A stretch of DNA of 64,000 nucleotides, taken from the NCBI GenBank assembly GCA_021817785.1, contig JAKAFY010000004.1, forward strand, positions 6,826 to 70,825, in the 5' to 3' direction. The DNA comes from a bacterium. GTDB taxonomy: Bacteria > Patescibacteriota > Microgenomatia > UBA10105 > UBA927. A model generated the notes under the pieces. The model was not told the DNA's origin, searched no databases, and worked only from the letters and a program-made list of their open reading frames with translations. Below, one piece after another: positions 18,697 through 27,691 of the stretch (position 1 is the stretch's first letter; each line of letters begins with the position of its first letter). Made by a program: the position numbers and the translations under genes.

Positions 18697-19227
18697 ATGA
18701 TGCTCCGCGGACTCCATACACTCTTTGTCCTGGCATTTCCCAACCTATACATGCAACTTCTGTATATCCTCACGCTGTCTGCAATTCTTACCTGGCTGTT
18801 CCTCAATCAGAAGCTCAATGCGTTTATCAACGCGGTGTTTTCCATTGTGGGAACCGCCCTCGCCGTCATCATCGGATCGTGTATATCCTTAGTCAGCCGT
18901 ACGCTGAACGTTCTCTTTGGCCCTACGCCGATATTCCCTCCCCTTCGTATTCCCATCTTCGTCAAAGCGCTCATCTGTTTTTTGCTCGGTATCGCCGTGT
19001 TGTATATCGATCACGTCTACGGCGCTCGCTGGTTTTCCGCCGATGAAACCATCCCGTTTTACAAAATGGATGTGGCAGATCATGTATTTTGGGTATCGGC
19101 CTATGCACTCTCTATCGGAGGGTTTTGTATCGGACTGGGGAGCTTCTATCTTGTCACACCTCCGGTACGTGCGATCAATGCGCTACTCAGCCGCCCGTTC
19201 CAGATATCTATTAGATTTTATGTATAA
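18697..19227 (+). CDS. Polytopic membrane protein (hypothetical)
   Basis: Start at ATG (MMLRGLH) with GGGGTG upstream. Five or six hydrophobic helices. The ORF-track start at 18640 is GTG and lies inside the palindrome. Confidence 0.5.
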   Translation: MMLRGLHTLFVLAFPNLYMQLLYILTLSAILTWLFLNQKLNAFINAVFSIVGTALAVIIGSCISLVSRTLNVLFGPTPIFPPLRIPIFVKALICFLLGIAVLYIDHVYGARWFSADETIPFYKMDVADHVFWVSAYALSIGGFCIGLGSFYLVTPPVRAINALLSRPFQISIRFYV

Positions 19228-19275
19228 ATTATTTTTTGTATATATACATAGCATGGTGCTACCATAATAGACAGT

Positions 19276-19593
19276 ATGCCTAAAATAATAGACATTGATC
19301 ATCTTCTGCAGGTATTTCATAAATTCGGAACAAGGGATGTTGTGCTTCCAGACCCCGACGTCCACCTAACCAATGGCCAAATCAAATCGCTCATCACTCA
19401 TGAGCTGGCAACCCCCAGGGCAAAAGGAAGTGGATTTATTTTTCAGAGTGGTCCGATGCAGGAACTAGAAATGAGGGTACAAGGAGCTAAAGATGAACAG
19501 ACATCGCTTTTAGATGATCCGCTCGCAGACATGAAGCGCGGCATCTGGCCAAGAGGAACAAAAAAGGTTCCAAAACATCCGAGATGTAAGTAG
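19276..19593 (+). CDS. Hypothetical protein (low-GC region)
   Basis: 105-aa ORF with no strong RBS and no known domain. Confidence 0.25.
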   Translation: MPKIIDIDHLLQVFHKFGTRDVVLPDPDVHLTNGQIKSLITHELATPRAKGSGFIFQSGPMQELEMRVQGAKDEQTSLLDDPLADMKRGIWPRGTKKVPKHPRCK

Positions 19594-19754
19594 GGGGCCC
19601 AAAAATAATGCGATTCACCATCGAAAGACGTATTGCCTATTTAGCGATGGCCCGGAATCGGAATATATCCAAAGACATCGCGAATATCTTCGTCAGGAAA
19701 TTGCACATCATCATGGCACACTACGGGAATTTCCGGACGGAATTGAAGAATAAA

Positions 19755-20195
19755 TTACAGTATCCGGTGCAGATTCGCCTCACTCGGCGGCGACGCTTTC
19801 AGTAGGGCGATTACCTCGGCAGCCAGTGCATCGGCAAACGTATCCAGATCCCGGTAATCTTTTGCCACAATCCGCGTCACTCCCCGCTTCCTGGCTTCTT
19901 CGTTATATTTGGGCACCGAAGATATGGCAATCACTTTTTGTGGCCCCAACCGCTCGATATCCAGTACGTGAAACGAGCCTCCCAGTTTACAATCGCGGTC
20001 CAGCAGTATCATGTCAAAAACAGCCGAGGGATTATTATTGATGTATGCTTCCACCTGCAGATAGTTGGTGAGGATCACCATGGAAAACTCATACGGTTGG
20101 TCTTCTTCCACCACTGCCAACTTCTCAAGAATTTTTGACAGCGTCCTTAAATCGTCTTCTAGGATAAGGATGGTTTTGTGGAGGATCATAGCCAC
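19755..20195 (-). CDS. Stand-alone receiver (REC/CheY-like) domain protein
   Basis: ILILEDD acidic pocket. ILLDRD putative phospho-acceptor. About 146 aa with no output domain. Confidence 0.55.
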   Translation of the reverse strand: MAMILHKTILILEDDLRTLSKILEKLAVVEEDQPYEFSMVILTNYLQVEAYINNNPSAVFDMILLDRDCKLGGSFHVLDIERLGPQKVIAISSVPKYNEEARKRGVTRIVAKDYRDLDTFADALAAEVIALLKASPPSEANLHRIL

Positions 20196-20199
20196 CTAC

Positions 20200-20218
20200 C
20201 CACACACCGGGTGTGCGT
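20200..20218. repeat. GC-rich palindrome CCCACACACCGGGTGTGCG (copy 2, imperfect)
   Basis: Shares the 17-nt core CCCACACACCGGGTGTG with copy 1. Sits in the 32-nt gap between the DUF2075 stop and the REC start. Confidence 0.7.
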
Positions 20219-20227
20219 AATGTTTAA

Positions 20228-22114
20228 TTAGACTTTGCCCATATCAATTCTACTTCTCACAAACTTCTCCGTTTCCTTGTCAACGAAATACACATAGCAG
20301 CCGCGGAGGGAGCGGCTGAGGAGTACACGGTAGGTGTTTTTCACCAGATCGAGGAATTTGTCTTTACTGCGACGGACCGTGGAGTCGCAGGAGTTTTCCG
20401 GGTGACCTTCCCACGCTCCGGTTTCAAAATTATAGATCATATCGGCACCGACAATCACGCCGACGTAATTAAATTCAAATCCCTGAATGGTGTAAATGCT
20501 GCCGATTTGATTTATGGCGCGTGGGTCGTATGGCCAAAGTGATGCCGGTGGCACATCAGGCGCTAACCGTCGGCCGTTGATCTCTTTCCCTTCCCACGTC
20601 ATTGCGAACTCGCCGATATGCACGTCTTTCACCAGTGTTCCGTCCGAATTCGGCTCGCTCCATGGCCAACAAAAACCGGCAACCATGCGTGCGGAATTAG
20701 GTTCGTCATCATTTTTCGCTTTAATCTTTTCATATAGCTCCTGCGGGGATTTTACGATCTGAAAATCAAATTCCTCACGCTTCGGATGCCATATTGCTTG
20801 CTCCGTGTCATGTATGCCAAACGTATTATTTACCCATTGGACAAATTTATCCGATCCCTGGCAACGGAATTGAATCGCCAAATTATATTCATGTACGTCG
20901 CACCCCAGACGCTGCGCATTCTCACGTATATAGTTTGTCGAACCGATCTCGCCAGGTCGTACATTTTGTCGATCGTCGATAAAAAATACCGGCACCTTTG
21001 CCACACCGATTAATTCTTCGATCTGCGGCACTTCCGAACGGTACTCTTTTTTCGTAAACCGGTTATTGCTGTTTACACGAATCCGGTGCGATTCATCGGC
21101 GATAAGTACATCAATAGAGTTCGGTTCGGCGCGCACATAACTATTGAAGTATTTCACCTGGGACCTCGCAACGGATCCTAATGATTTCCGAAGTGACTCG
21201 GTAAACGCTTTCGAGCCTGTGGCATATTGTGCATTTTTACCTTGCCGCGATAATTCTGCCAAGAGATTAATTGCTATCACTGACTTACCGGTGCCCGGGC
21301 CGCCATTGACGATGACCACAGATTTTCTTTTGCTTGTCCCCCCGTACTTTACGAGGTTCATCACCCGATCAAACGCAGATAATTGATCATCCAACAGGAT
21401 GTACCGTTTATTTTCTTTTACCACCTTCACGACTTCATCAAGCAAGCGTTTACTGGGCCCATACTTACTCTCTAATACGCGCTCCATGACAGGAACGCCG
21501 TTTCCGTTTATGAGTTTCTGTTTCAAAAAATCACTGAGTTTTGTTACATCCCGCTCACAAAATACCGGGTACTCTTTTACATAATCTGCGTATTGCTCCG
21601 CAAACAACGCATCATGCTCGACCGGAACGTAATTGTGCACATAGGCGCACGCATGCAAACGTACCGGATCCGATTCAAAAAAAGCGGAGTGATTATCTTC
21701 TAAATATAATTTATATTGCCCCACCTGCACCGAAGGATGCAGTACATCCCGGTTCGCACCCCCCACCCATGTCACCACACGCTCGCTCACCTCACTGACT
21801 TCTGCTTTTTCCCATTGTTTAAGCTCTATGATGACAGAATGATCTTTCCCGTTTTCATCTCGACCGCAGATCATGCAGTCAATACGTCTAGAATTAAGGG
21901 GAAGCTGGTATTCCAAAATAACTCCATGATCGTGGAATTCGGAAACTTCAAAAACATCTTTTATCGCCCGGAGCGATGTTCGCCATGACCGGACTTCTGC
22001 GTCAGAAGGGTGGTAGCCAAAATAGTCAATAAACGCCGTCTCCAGCTTTGTTGCTATCGTATTCTGCAACGTGTCTAAGACGAACTCACTTATTGAGCCG
22101 GCGTATAATCTCAT
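20228..22114 (-). CDS. DUF2075-family (Schlafen-like) ATPase/helicase with N-terminal nuclease-like domain
   Basis: Walker A VIVNGGPGTGKSV. Walker B VLIADESHRI. Overall DUF2075 architecture with an N-terminal domain (HSVIIELKQW). ATG 2 nt after the mazG-like stop. Confidence 0.8.
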   Translation of the reverse strand: MRLYAGSISEFVLDTLQNTIATKLETAFIDYFGYHPSDAEVRSWRTSLRAIKDVFEVSEFHDHGVILEYQLPLNSRRIDCMICGRDENGKDHSVIIELKQWEKAEVSEVSERVVTWVGGANRDVLHPSVQVGQYKLYLEDNHSAFFESDPVRLHACAYVHNYVPVEHDALFAEQYADYVKEYPVFCERDVTKLSDFLKQKLINGNGVPVMERVLESKYGPSKRLLDEVVKVVKENKRYILLDDQLSAFDRVMNLVKYGGTSKRKSVVIVNGGPGTGKSVIAINLLAELSRQGKNAQYATGSKAFTESLRKSLGSVARSQVKYFNSYVRAEPNSIDVLIADESHRIRVNSNNRFTKKEYRSEVPQIEELIGVAKVPVFFIDDRQNVRPGEIGSTNYIRENAQRLGCDVHEYNLAIQFRCQGSDKFVQWVNNTFGIHDTEQAIWHPKREEFDFQIVKSPQELYEKIKAKNDDEPNSARMVAGFCWPWSEPNSDGTLVKDVHIGEFAMTWEGKEINGRRLAPDVPPASLWPYDPRAINQIGSIYTIQGFEFNYVGVIVGADMIYNFETGAWEGHPENSCDSTVRRSKDKFLDLVKNTYRVLLSRSLRGCYVYFVDKETEKFVRSRIDMGKV

Positions 22115-22116
22115 GG

Positions 22117-22506
22117 TTATAATTCCGTATACTTTTTATGATTTCCTTTTGCTTTATTCACTGGGTATTTTTTACTACTTACTGCCATTTTATTTTTAAA
22201 CGCCTGTACAATATCTATATCTAAATCGTGACTCATGAGTAATACCCAGTACAATACATCAGAAAGTTCCTCGCCTAATTCTATTTTATGTGTTTTAAGA
22301 TACACCTGTATTTCTTTTTCGTTTTTCCATTGAAAATGCTCCATTACCTCTGTGGCTTCTAATACGAGGGATAGCGAGGTATCTTTGGGATTATGAAATT
22401 TTTTCCAATCCCGTGCATTGCGGAATTTAATGATGAGATTCGTTAATTCTTGTATGTCTGACATAAAGTACCGGTTTATAGTACTGCTTTTGGCGCTTAT
22501 TCGCAA
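22117..22506 (-). CDS. MazG-like nucleotide pyrophosphohydrolase (NTP-PPase)
   Basis: HNPKDTSLSLVLEATEVMEHFQWK...ELGEELSDVLYWVLL is the MazG/YpjD-type EExxE/D pattern. Tightly coupled to both neighbours. Confidence 0.75.
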   Translation of the reverse strand: MRISAKSSTINRYFMSDIQELTNLIIKFRNARDWKKFHNPKDTSLSLVLEATEVMEHFQWKNEKEIQVYLKTHKIELGEELSDVLYWVLLMSHDLDIDIVQAFKNKMAVSSKKYPVNKAKGNHKKYTEL

Positions 22507-22511
22507 TCTGT

Positions 22512-23198
22512 TTATAACAAATTTTTCTGTTTCAAACTTATATATCCTTCCGAAGAAATAATAATGTGGTCAATGACATGCACACCCGTCAATTCCCCGA
22601 CGGAAACCAATCTCTGAGTGAGATTCAAATCTTCATCTGAGGGTGTTAAGTCCCCAGATGGATGATTATGTGCTAATACAATACGAGCAGCTAATTGTTT
22701 TATCGCAGGTTCAAACACCTCTCTAGGATGCACGAGCGAAGAATTGAGAATTCCGACAGAAATATCACGTATGTCAATCAAATTATTTTGTGCATCGAGA
22801 AGCAATATTACAAAGTGCTCTTTTTTCTCACGACCCAACCGTTTCTGTAAATAGTCAGCTACCTTATTGGGGGATGTTAACGATATCTTCGTTGGCAGCG
22901 TTTCTTTGGCATACCGCTCAGCGATTGCCTGAAATAGTTTTATGCCAAACGCATTTGACGGGCCGATACCCTGTATCATTTGTACGTCTTCGTCAGATGC
23001 GTCCAGCACCCCGCGCAATCCGTTAAAGTGTTTTATCGCTTCTTTCGCAATCGCCTTACAGTCTTTGCGTGGAGTTCCCAATGTGAGGAGGAGTTCTACG
23101 ATTTCATAATCCAAAAATCCATCAAGTCCCGACCGGAGAAACCGCTCTCGCAATCGCTTCCGGTGTCCGGCGTGCGGGTATGTACCTCTTTGCTTCAC
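22512..23198 (-). CDS. radC: RadC-family JAB-domain protein
   Basis: N-terminal HhH region. JAMM motif HNHPSGDLTPSDED. Confidence 0.9.
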   Translation of the reverse strand: MKQRGTYPHAGHRKRLRERFLRSGLDGFLDYEIVELLLTLGTPRKDCKAIAKEAIKHFNGLRGVLDASDEDVQMIQGIGPSNAFGIKLFQAIAERYAKETLPTKISLTSPNKVADYLQKRLGREKKEHFVILLLDAQNNLIDIRDISVGILNSSLVHPREVFEPAIKQLAARIVLAHNHPSGDLTPSDEDLNLTQRLVSVGELTGVHVIDHIIISSEGYISLKQKNLL

Positions 23199-23289
23199 AT
23201 AAATAATGGTACACCAGAACCCTTCGTTATCGCCATTTGATCTATATGTAATGGTTCTATGAACAATTTGACATCAAACGGAGCGTATT

Positions 23290-23535
23290 CTATTTCGGAC
23301 CATTTTTTTGTGCCGCAACTCGCCAACTAAATATACCTTTTCCCCCACCCCTCCTCGACCTCGCATATCCTCTGTTGAGATGTTTCCCTTGAGGGCCATC
23401 GTGTAATTCTCGAAGTAAATCAAGCTCCCGATCACTTAGCGTAGATGGATCGATTTGCAGCTTATGCGCCAAATCATTTCTAGCTGCTATCGCCCAGATT
23501 GCTGCTAATTTTTCTTCTGAAATGTTATCAAACAT
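23290..23535 (-). CDS. Hypothetical protein
   Basis: 81-aa ORF with no motif. Confidence 0.25.
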   Translation of the reverse strand: MFDNISEEKLAAIWAIAARNDLAHKLQIDPSTLSDRELDLLRELHDGPQGKHLNRGYARSRRGGGKGIFSWRVAAQKNGPK

Positions 23536-23595
23536 ACAGACACCTATGATCTTACTATACGCTCATCATTCAAATACATGATTCGCCAAAACATC

Positions 23596-23889
23596 TTAAC
23601 CACAAGTTTTCTCAGGATGCTCGAAATGAAAATATGTAAGATGATCGAGAATTTCCTGAGCGGTCCAATCCCATACGGAGTTTGTACGTATCATCTCGCG
23701 GTACTCATCTCTATGATTCCTCGCGACACCAAGATAATACGCAAATTTTGGGTGTTCCGGCCCGTCTTTCAATGCATCCAGCATGTTCGAAAAAAAGAAC
23801 GATTCGATCCCAAAATCCGACATTTCCCGATACTCACGTATTTCCGCTCTCATGATATATATTATAGGATATTTTATGCCTTCCATCAA
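23596..23889 (-). CDS. Hypothetical protein
   Basis: 97-aa ORF with acidic and aromatic residues and no motif. Confidence 0.3.
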   Translation of the reverse strand: MMEGIKYPIIYIMRAEIREYREMSDFGIESFFFSNMLDALKDGPEHPKFAYYLGVARNHRDEYREMIRTNSVWDWTAQEILDHLTYFHFEHPEKTCG

Positions 23890-23940
23890 TCCCGCATCCT
23901 ATGGTGCAGGCTCCGCACGCGTATATCGTATACATACATC

Positions 23941-24026
23941 CATACACCTCCGAGGTGTAAAGTTGCCTAAACTTTTTCATTCAAAATTAGCCTCATTTTT
24001 TCCTTACACCTCCGAGGTGTTAGAAA
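23941..24026. repeat. REP doublet (left): two ACACCTCCGAGGTGT hairpins separated by a conserved linker of about 45 nt
   Basis: catACACCTCCGAGGTGTaaag...ttagcctcattttttccttACACCTCCGAGGTGTtaga. Confidence 0.85.
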
Positions 24027-24027
24027 T

Positions 24028-24741
24028 CTACGATAGTTCGTCAGAAAACGCATCTATCGCGACATGAGAAATCGTATGAAGTTCGCGTGCATACAACTCC
24101 TGATCACGCACAAACTCCGCATATTTTTCCTGCGAGCCTGCCAACGAACATATCAGTGCCGTATCCACCATACTAATTGATCGTCCCATATAGCATGAAT
24201 ACGACGTGTAAAGTGATGTGGCGAGAGTCGACAGTGTTTCTATCCCGGAAACAACCGGATTCAGGTGAATATACCGTGACACGTGCAGCAACTGCTCATC
24301 GGATTCTATTCGCACTGCCTGAAAGTTCCCCTGAAACACCGGGCCGACGCGTTTTCGTTTCGTATTAAAATACCGCGCATAGCTATTCATTGCCCGAAAT
24401 AAAAATGTGTGTATCCCCTCGTCCTGCTCCTGTCGTACGAGGAGATGAAAATGATTCGGCATCAATGCATATGCGTATAGAGATACGTGTTTTCCCGACT
24501 CATTCTGTGCCTCCCTGATAATGCGTTGTTTATCTAAAGGGGCGATGGAGTAAAGAGAAAGCTTAGTAGGACAATTGGTGAATCGGTAAAAATCTAATCC
24601 GAGTAAAAAATGTCTATAATCCGATACATTCCGGAACACGGAGCTTCTATCCACACCGCGGTTATAGATGTGATAGTACTCACCCGTCACCAATGGAACG
24701 TGCCGCATCGGCATACATGTACCATACCCGATTGGCAACAA
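24028..24741 (-). CDS. REP-associated tyrosine transposase (RAYT; IS200/IS605-family Y1 HuH transposase)
   Basis: HuH motif YALMPNHFHLLV. Catalytic Tyr region SRYIHLNPV. N-terminal YHIYNRG. Flanked by REP hairpins. Confidence 0.85.
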   Translation of the reverse strand: MLPIGYGTCMPMRHVPLVTGEYYHIYNRGVDRSSVFRNVSDYRHFLLGLDFYRFTNCPTKLSLYSIAPLDKQRIIREAQNESGKHVSLYAYALMPNHFHLLVRQEQDEGIHTFLFRAMNSYARYFNTKRKRVGPVFQGNFQAVRIESDEQLLHVSRYIHLNPVVSGIETLSTLATSLYTSYSCYMGRSISMVDTALICSLAGSQEKYAEFVRDQELYARELHTISHVAIDAFSDELS

Positions 24742-24776
24742 TACTTCAGTTATATTTCATACACCTCCGAGGTGTT

Positions 24777-24860
24777 AAATTTTCATCACAAACTCTTCAA
24801 ATTTAGCCTCATTTTTTCCATACACCTCCGAGGTGTTAGAAAATTCTTTATTCGCGGGCA
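24777..24860. repeat. REP doublet (right): two ACACCTCCGAGGTGT hairpins with a conserved linker
   Basis: catACACCTCCGAGGTGTtaaattttcatcacaaactcttcaaatttagcctcattttttccatACACCTCCGAGGTGTtagaaaa. Confidence 0.85.
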
Positions 24861-24894
24861 GGGGCGTACGATTTGTACTATACTACCCGGAAGA

Positions 24895-25764
24895 ATGAAA
24901 TTATTTTCCAAGATGAGCAAAGGCCTCCTGTTTGGTCTGGCCACGGCCATATTATGGGCGTGTTCATTAGTAAACACGCGATTTCTTCTGTTGCACGGCG
25001 AACAACCGCTCAACCTGACAATCTGGATCGGATTGGGTATGGCGGCCCCCTGGCTTTTTCTGTTTTACAGACATCACCGGGAATACCGCGCGCTTCCCAA
25101 AAAATATAAATGGTATTTGTTGGGCATCGGCATAGCGTCTTCCGTAGGACTCAATTTACTGCAGTCGGTGACGCTTGCCCATACGCCTGCCGTCAATTTT
25201 TCGTTCCTCTACCGCACCATTGTGGTGTTTACCATCATCCTTGCGTATATCTTTTTCAAAGAAGCCATCACGGTGAAAAAATGGATACTCGCCGGACTTA
25301 TCCTGTTCGGTTCATATTTGTTCACGACCAGCGGGAAAGGCATTACCCTTTCTACCGGAGATGTTTATACACTGGTGTATGCGCTCTCCGCCGCGTTTAT
25401 CGCTAATATTCTTATCAAACACACGGTTGCCAAAATGCATCCGGATTTAAGCGGCGCTGCCATTTCTATCGTGGCCACCACGTCCCTTTGTGTCTATGGC
25501 ATAGCAAGCGGCACCCTGCACGTCTCCGGACACATGCCGTTTATTCTCCTGGGGGCGGCATTTTCGTTTCTTATGACGATGGCCAGAAACCGCGCATATA
25601 AAGTCGCCTCCGCTTCATTTGTCACCATGATCGTGTCGCTTACTCCCGTTTTTGTCGGCATTCTCTCCTATCCGCTCCTCCACGAACGCCTCACTCCGGT
25701 CGAGCTTCTCGGCGGCACGATTATCGTGGGATCCATGTTCTTCGTCGAAAAATTTCACATCTGA
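24895..25764 (+). CDS. EamA/DMT-family transporter (10 TM)
   Basis: Two EamA-like halves. Start taken at MKLFSKMSKGLL. The upstream part of the ORF-track ORF is antisense to the RAYT and REPs. Confidence 0.75.
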   Translation: MKLFSKMSKGLLFGLATAILWACSLVNTRFLLLHGEQPLNLTIWIGLGMAAPWLFLFYRHHREYRALPKKYKWYLLGIGIASSVGLNLLQSVTLAHTPAVNFSFLYRTIVVFTIILAYIFFKEAITVKKWILAGLILFGSYLFTTSGKGITLSTGDVYTLVYALSAAFIANILIKHTVAKMHPDLSGAAISIVATTSLCVYGIASGTLHVSGHMPFILLGAAFSFLMTMARNRAYKVASASFVTMIVSLTPVFVGILSYPLLHERLTPVELLGGTIIVGSMFFVEKFHI

Positions 25765-25779
25765 CCAGATACTATCCCG

Positions 25780-26448
25780 CTATTTATATCCTTTTATCGC
25801 GTCCCCTATATTCGCCGCCCAGGCCAAAAACGTGTTGTTTGGTATGGTCTTCTTTGAACTCGGGCGCAGCGACAAAAATTTCTGCGGTCCAAGCACGAGG
25901 TAAATCACATTGATCGCCCCATCTTCCTGGTAGACCACCAGATTATCCATCGGAATTTTGGCATCTTTTTCCACTCTGCGTCCCATCGCTTCGTTTCCCT
26001 TCTGCTGGTTTGCGATAGCAAGATATTCCAAATTTACCATGACATATTCTTTATCCGTCAGATAGTACGTACAGGTATGCTGGCCCGCGACCGTCGGAGG
26101 CTCGGTTTTGACGATGGTCCCACCAAGTGTATTGGCCATGAAATCCCGGGTAAACTGCCCGCAGATATCTTCGACGATGTAGTAGCTTTTGTCCTGCCGT
26201 GACGGTTCACCCGGGTACTGCACAAAGCAATTTTTTAGTCGTTTTCCCGGATCGCCGTAGTTTGGTAGTGGCACGTTTTCCGGCGTACATACCCCATTGG
26301 GTTTTGTCTGTTCCGTGTGCTGCACGGACGGCGTCGGCATCCCCTGCGGCCGATACTTGGTTGGCACCCGGGTAAGTTCCATGACGGCCAGCACTCCCCC
26401 GACTGCCGTCAGCAGTATTACGATGACGACAAGGATTGGTTTATACAT
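25780..26448 (-). CDS. Membrane-anchored secreted hypothetical protein
   Basis: Strong RBS GGGAGGGGAGGTGA. N-terminal TM helix. Six Cys. Confidence 0.6.
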   Translation of the reverse strand: MYKPILVVIVILLTAVGGVLAVMELTRVPTKYRPQGMPTPSVQHTEQTKPNGVCTPENVPLPNYGDPGKRLKNCFVQYPGEPSRQDKSYYIVEDICGQFTRDFMANTLGGTIVKTEPPTVAGQHTCTYYLTDKEYVMVNLEYLAIANQQKGNEAMGRRVEKDAKIPMDNLVVYQEDGAINVIYLVLGPQKFLSLRPSSKKTIPNNTFLAWAANIGDAIKGYK

Positions 26449-26547
26449 ACGATATCACCTCCCCTCCCGCGTAGAGCGCTGTCACCGCTATACTGATGCA
26501 CGGGCATTATTTTGTCGATGAGATATATTACAAAAGCGGAAAGTGCA

Positions 26548-26886
26548 TTACTGTCCCAGGGGAAAGTGTTTGGCCTGCCAGCCGAGGAGTCCGCCTTCCA
26601 TATTTACGACCTGTGTATATCCCATCCGCATCATGTAGGATGCCGCCCGATAGCTTCTTGCACCGCTTCGGCAAAATACGTATATACAGGCAGACCGGTC
26701 CGGAATCTTCTCCGTGACACGCGTTGCTATATCGTCCACGGGTAGGTTTATGCTCCCGGCAATCGTGCCCTGGGCGTATTCCCCGGGTGTCCGCACATCC
26801 AAAAGTACACACGGCTCATGCGCATCCATGGCTTTTTTTACCGCATCCGGCGACGCGGAAACGACGACACTGTGGTGTAAATCCAT
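26548..26886 (-). CDS. Rhodanese-domain sulfurtransferase
   Basis: VLLDVRTPGEYAQGTIAGSINLP and the catalytic loop CRSGARS. Confidence 0.8.
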   Translation of the reverse strand: MDLHHSVVVSASPDAVKKAMDAHEPCVLLDVRTPGEYAQGTIAGSINLPVDDIATRVTEKIPDRSACIYVFCRSGARSYRAASYMMRMGYTQVVNMEGGLLGWQAKHFPLGQ

Positions 26887-26955
26887 ACAAAGAGTATAAC
26901 GTCTGCATAGACGTGGGGAAACCCCGGGAAACAGTGTGCTATAGTAGACATATAC

Positions 26956-27615
26956 ATGAAAGTTTCCAAACGTACACACACCCACCCTCCGAATCATCCG
27001 TATCACTATCCGTTTTTATTTGTCCTTATCATCATCCTTGGCTTGTCTGCCCTTGCGCTCATACAACGGTACACGGAAAAACGCGAGCATGATACACGCC
27101 CTGCCCAAAAGGATTTCTCCATAGCAGGAGATCGGTTTGTATTTACCAAAATCGGCCTTTCCTTTGTGCTTCCCGATCCGGCCAAACCTCCCGCCGTCGG
27201 CGGCGCAGACGACAGAAATGCACTTATCCCGTTGCCCGACGATTTTCCGCCTACGAGCAAATTTACGGTGGAAACAGCAGTAAATTCCGACAATCTCCCG
27301 CTGGAAAAACTGGACGAACTGCCATACGGATATGAACATCTCACCCCCGAACGCTTCACCGAAGAAAATGAAACGGTCATAGAAAAACGCGCGGAGCAAA
27401 CCGGCCAGCACCCCATGCTTACCCTCAAAACGACGACATCGGACACGACCAAATATTATGCCTTTCTTCCGCGTCCCGCAGGATCTGCCGAGCCCCTCGT
27501 CTATGTCTTTATCCTCTCGGTGCCGAGTAGTTCAGTCAGCACTCTTTCCCCCAGGATTACCTCTATCATGTCGACGCTCCTTGGGTCCGTACAGTTTTTT
27601 CCCGCTGCGCCGTGA
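26956..27615 (+). CDS. Hypothetical membrane-anchored protein
   Basis: N-terminal TM (YPFLFVLIIILGLSALALI). No domain recognised. Confidence 0.45.
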   Translation: MKVSKRTHTHPPNHPYHYPFLFVLIIILGLSALALIQRYTEKREHDTRPAQKDFSIAGDRFVFTKIGLSFVLPDPAKPPAVGGADDRNALIPLPDDFPPTSKFTVETAVNSDNLPLEKLDELPYGYEHLTPERFTEENETVIEKRAEQTGQHPMLTLKTTTSDTTKYYAFLPRPAGSAEPLVYVFILSVPSSSVSTLSPRITSIMSTLLGSVQFFPAAP

Positions 27616-27691
27616 CGCTCGTATCTGTCACGCCAACGTGCCACACCGTTGCATCTTCGCCGGCCGCGCGGTATAGTGTCAGAAAGCATGG

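Larger units (their letters stand above)
23941..24860 (-). mobile_element. RAYT element: IS200-like Y1 (HuH) transposase gene flanked by two REP doublets
   Basis: Four copies of the palindrome ACACCTCCGAGGTGT at 23945-23959, 24006-24020, 24781-24795 and 24843-24857. They are arranged as two REP-linker-REP units with conserved linkers (ttagcctcattttttcc) bracketing the transposase ORF. Confidence 0.8.

Noticed and set aside
23941-24860. Possible small CRISPR array (repeated about 22-nt palindromic units with intervening sequence)
   Set aside because: There are only two repeats on each side. The sequences between repeats are conserved between the two sides, so they are linkers and not unique spacers. 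The repeats flank a HuH Y1 transposase. This is a RAYT/REP arrangement, and no cas genes are present.
27006-27452. Minus-strand ORFs of 148 and 131 aa
   Set aside because: They are antisense to the membrane-protein gene at 26956-27615, and they are low-complexity.
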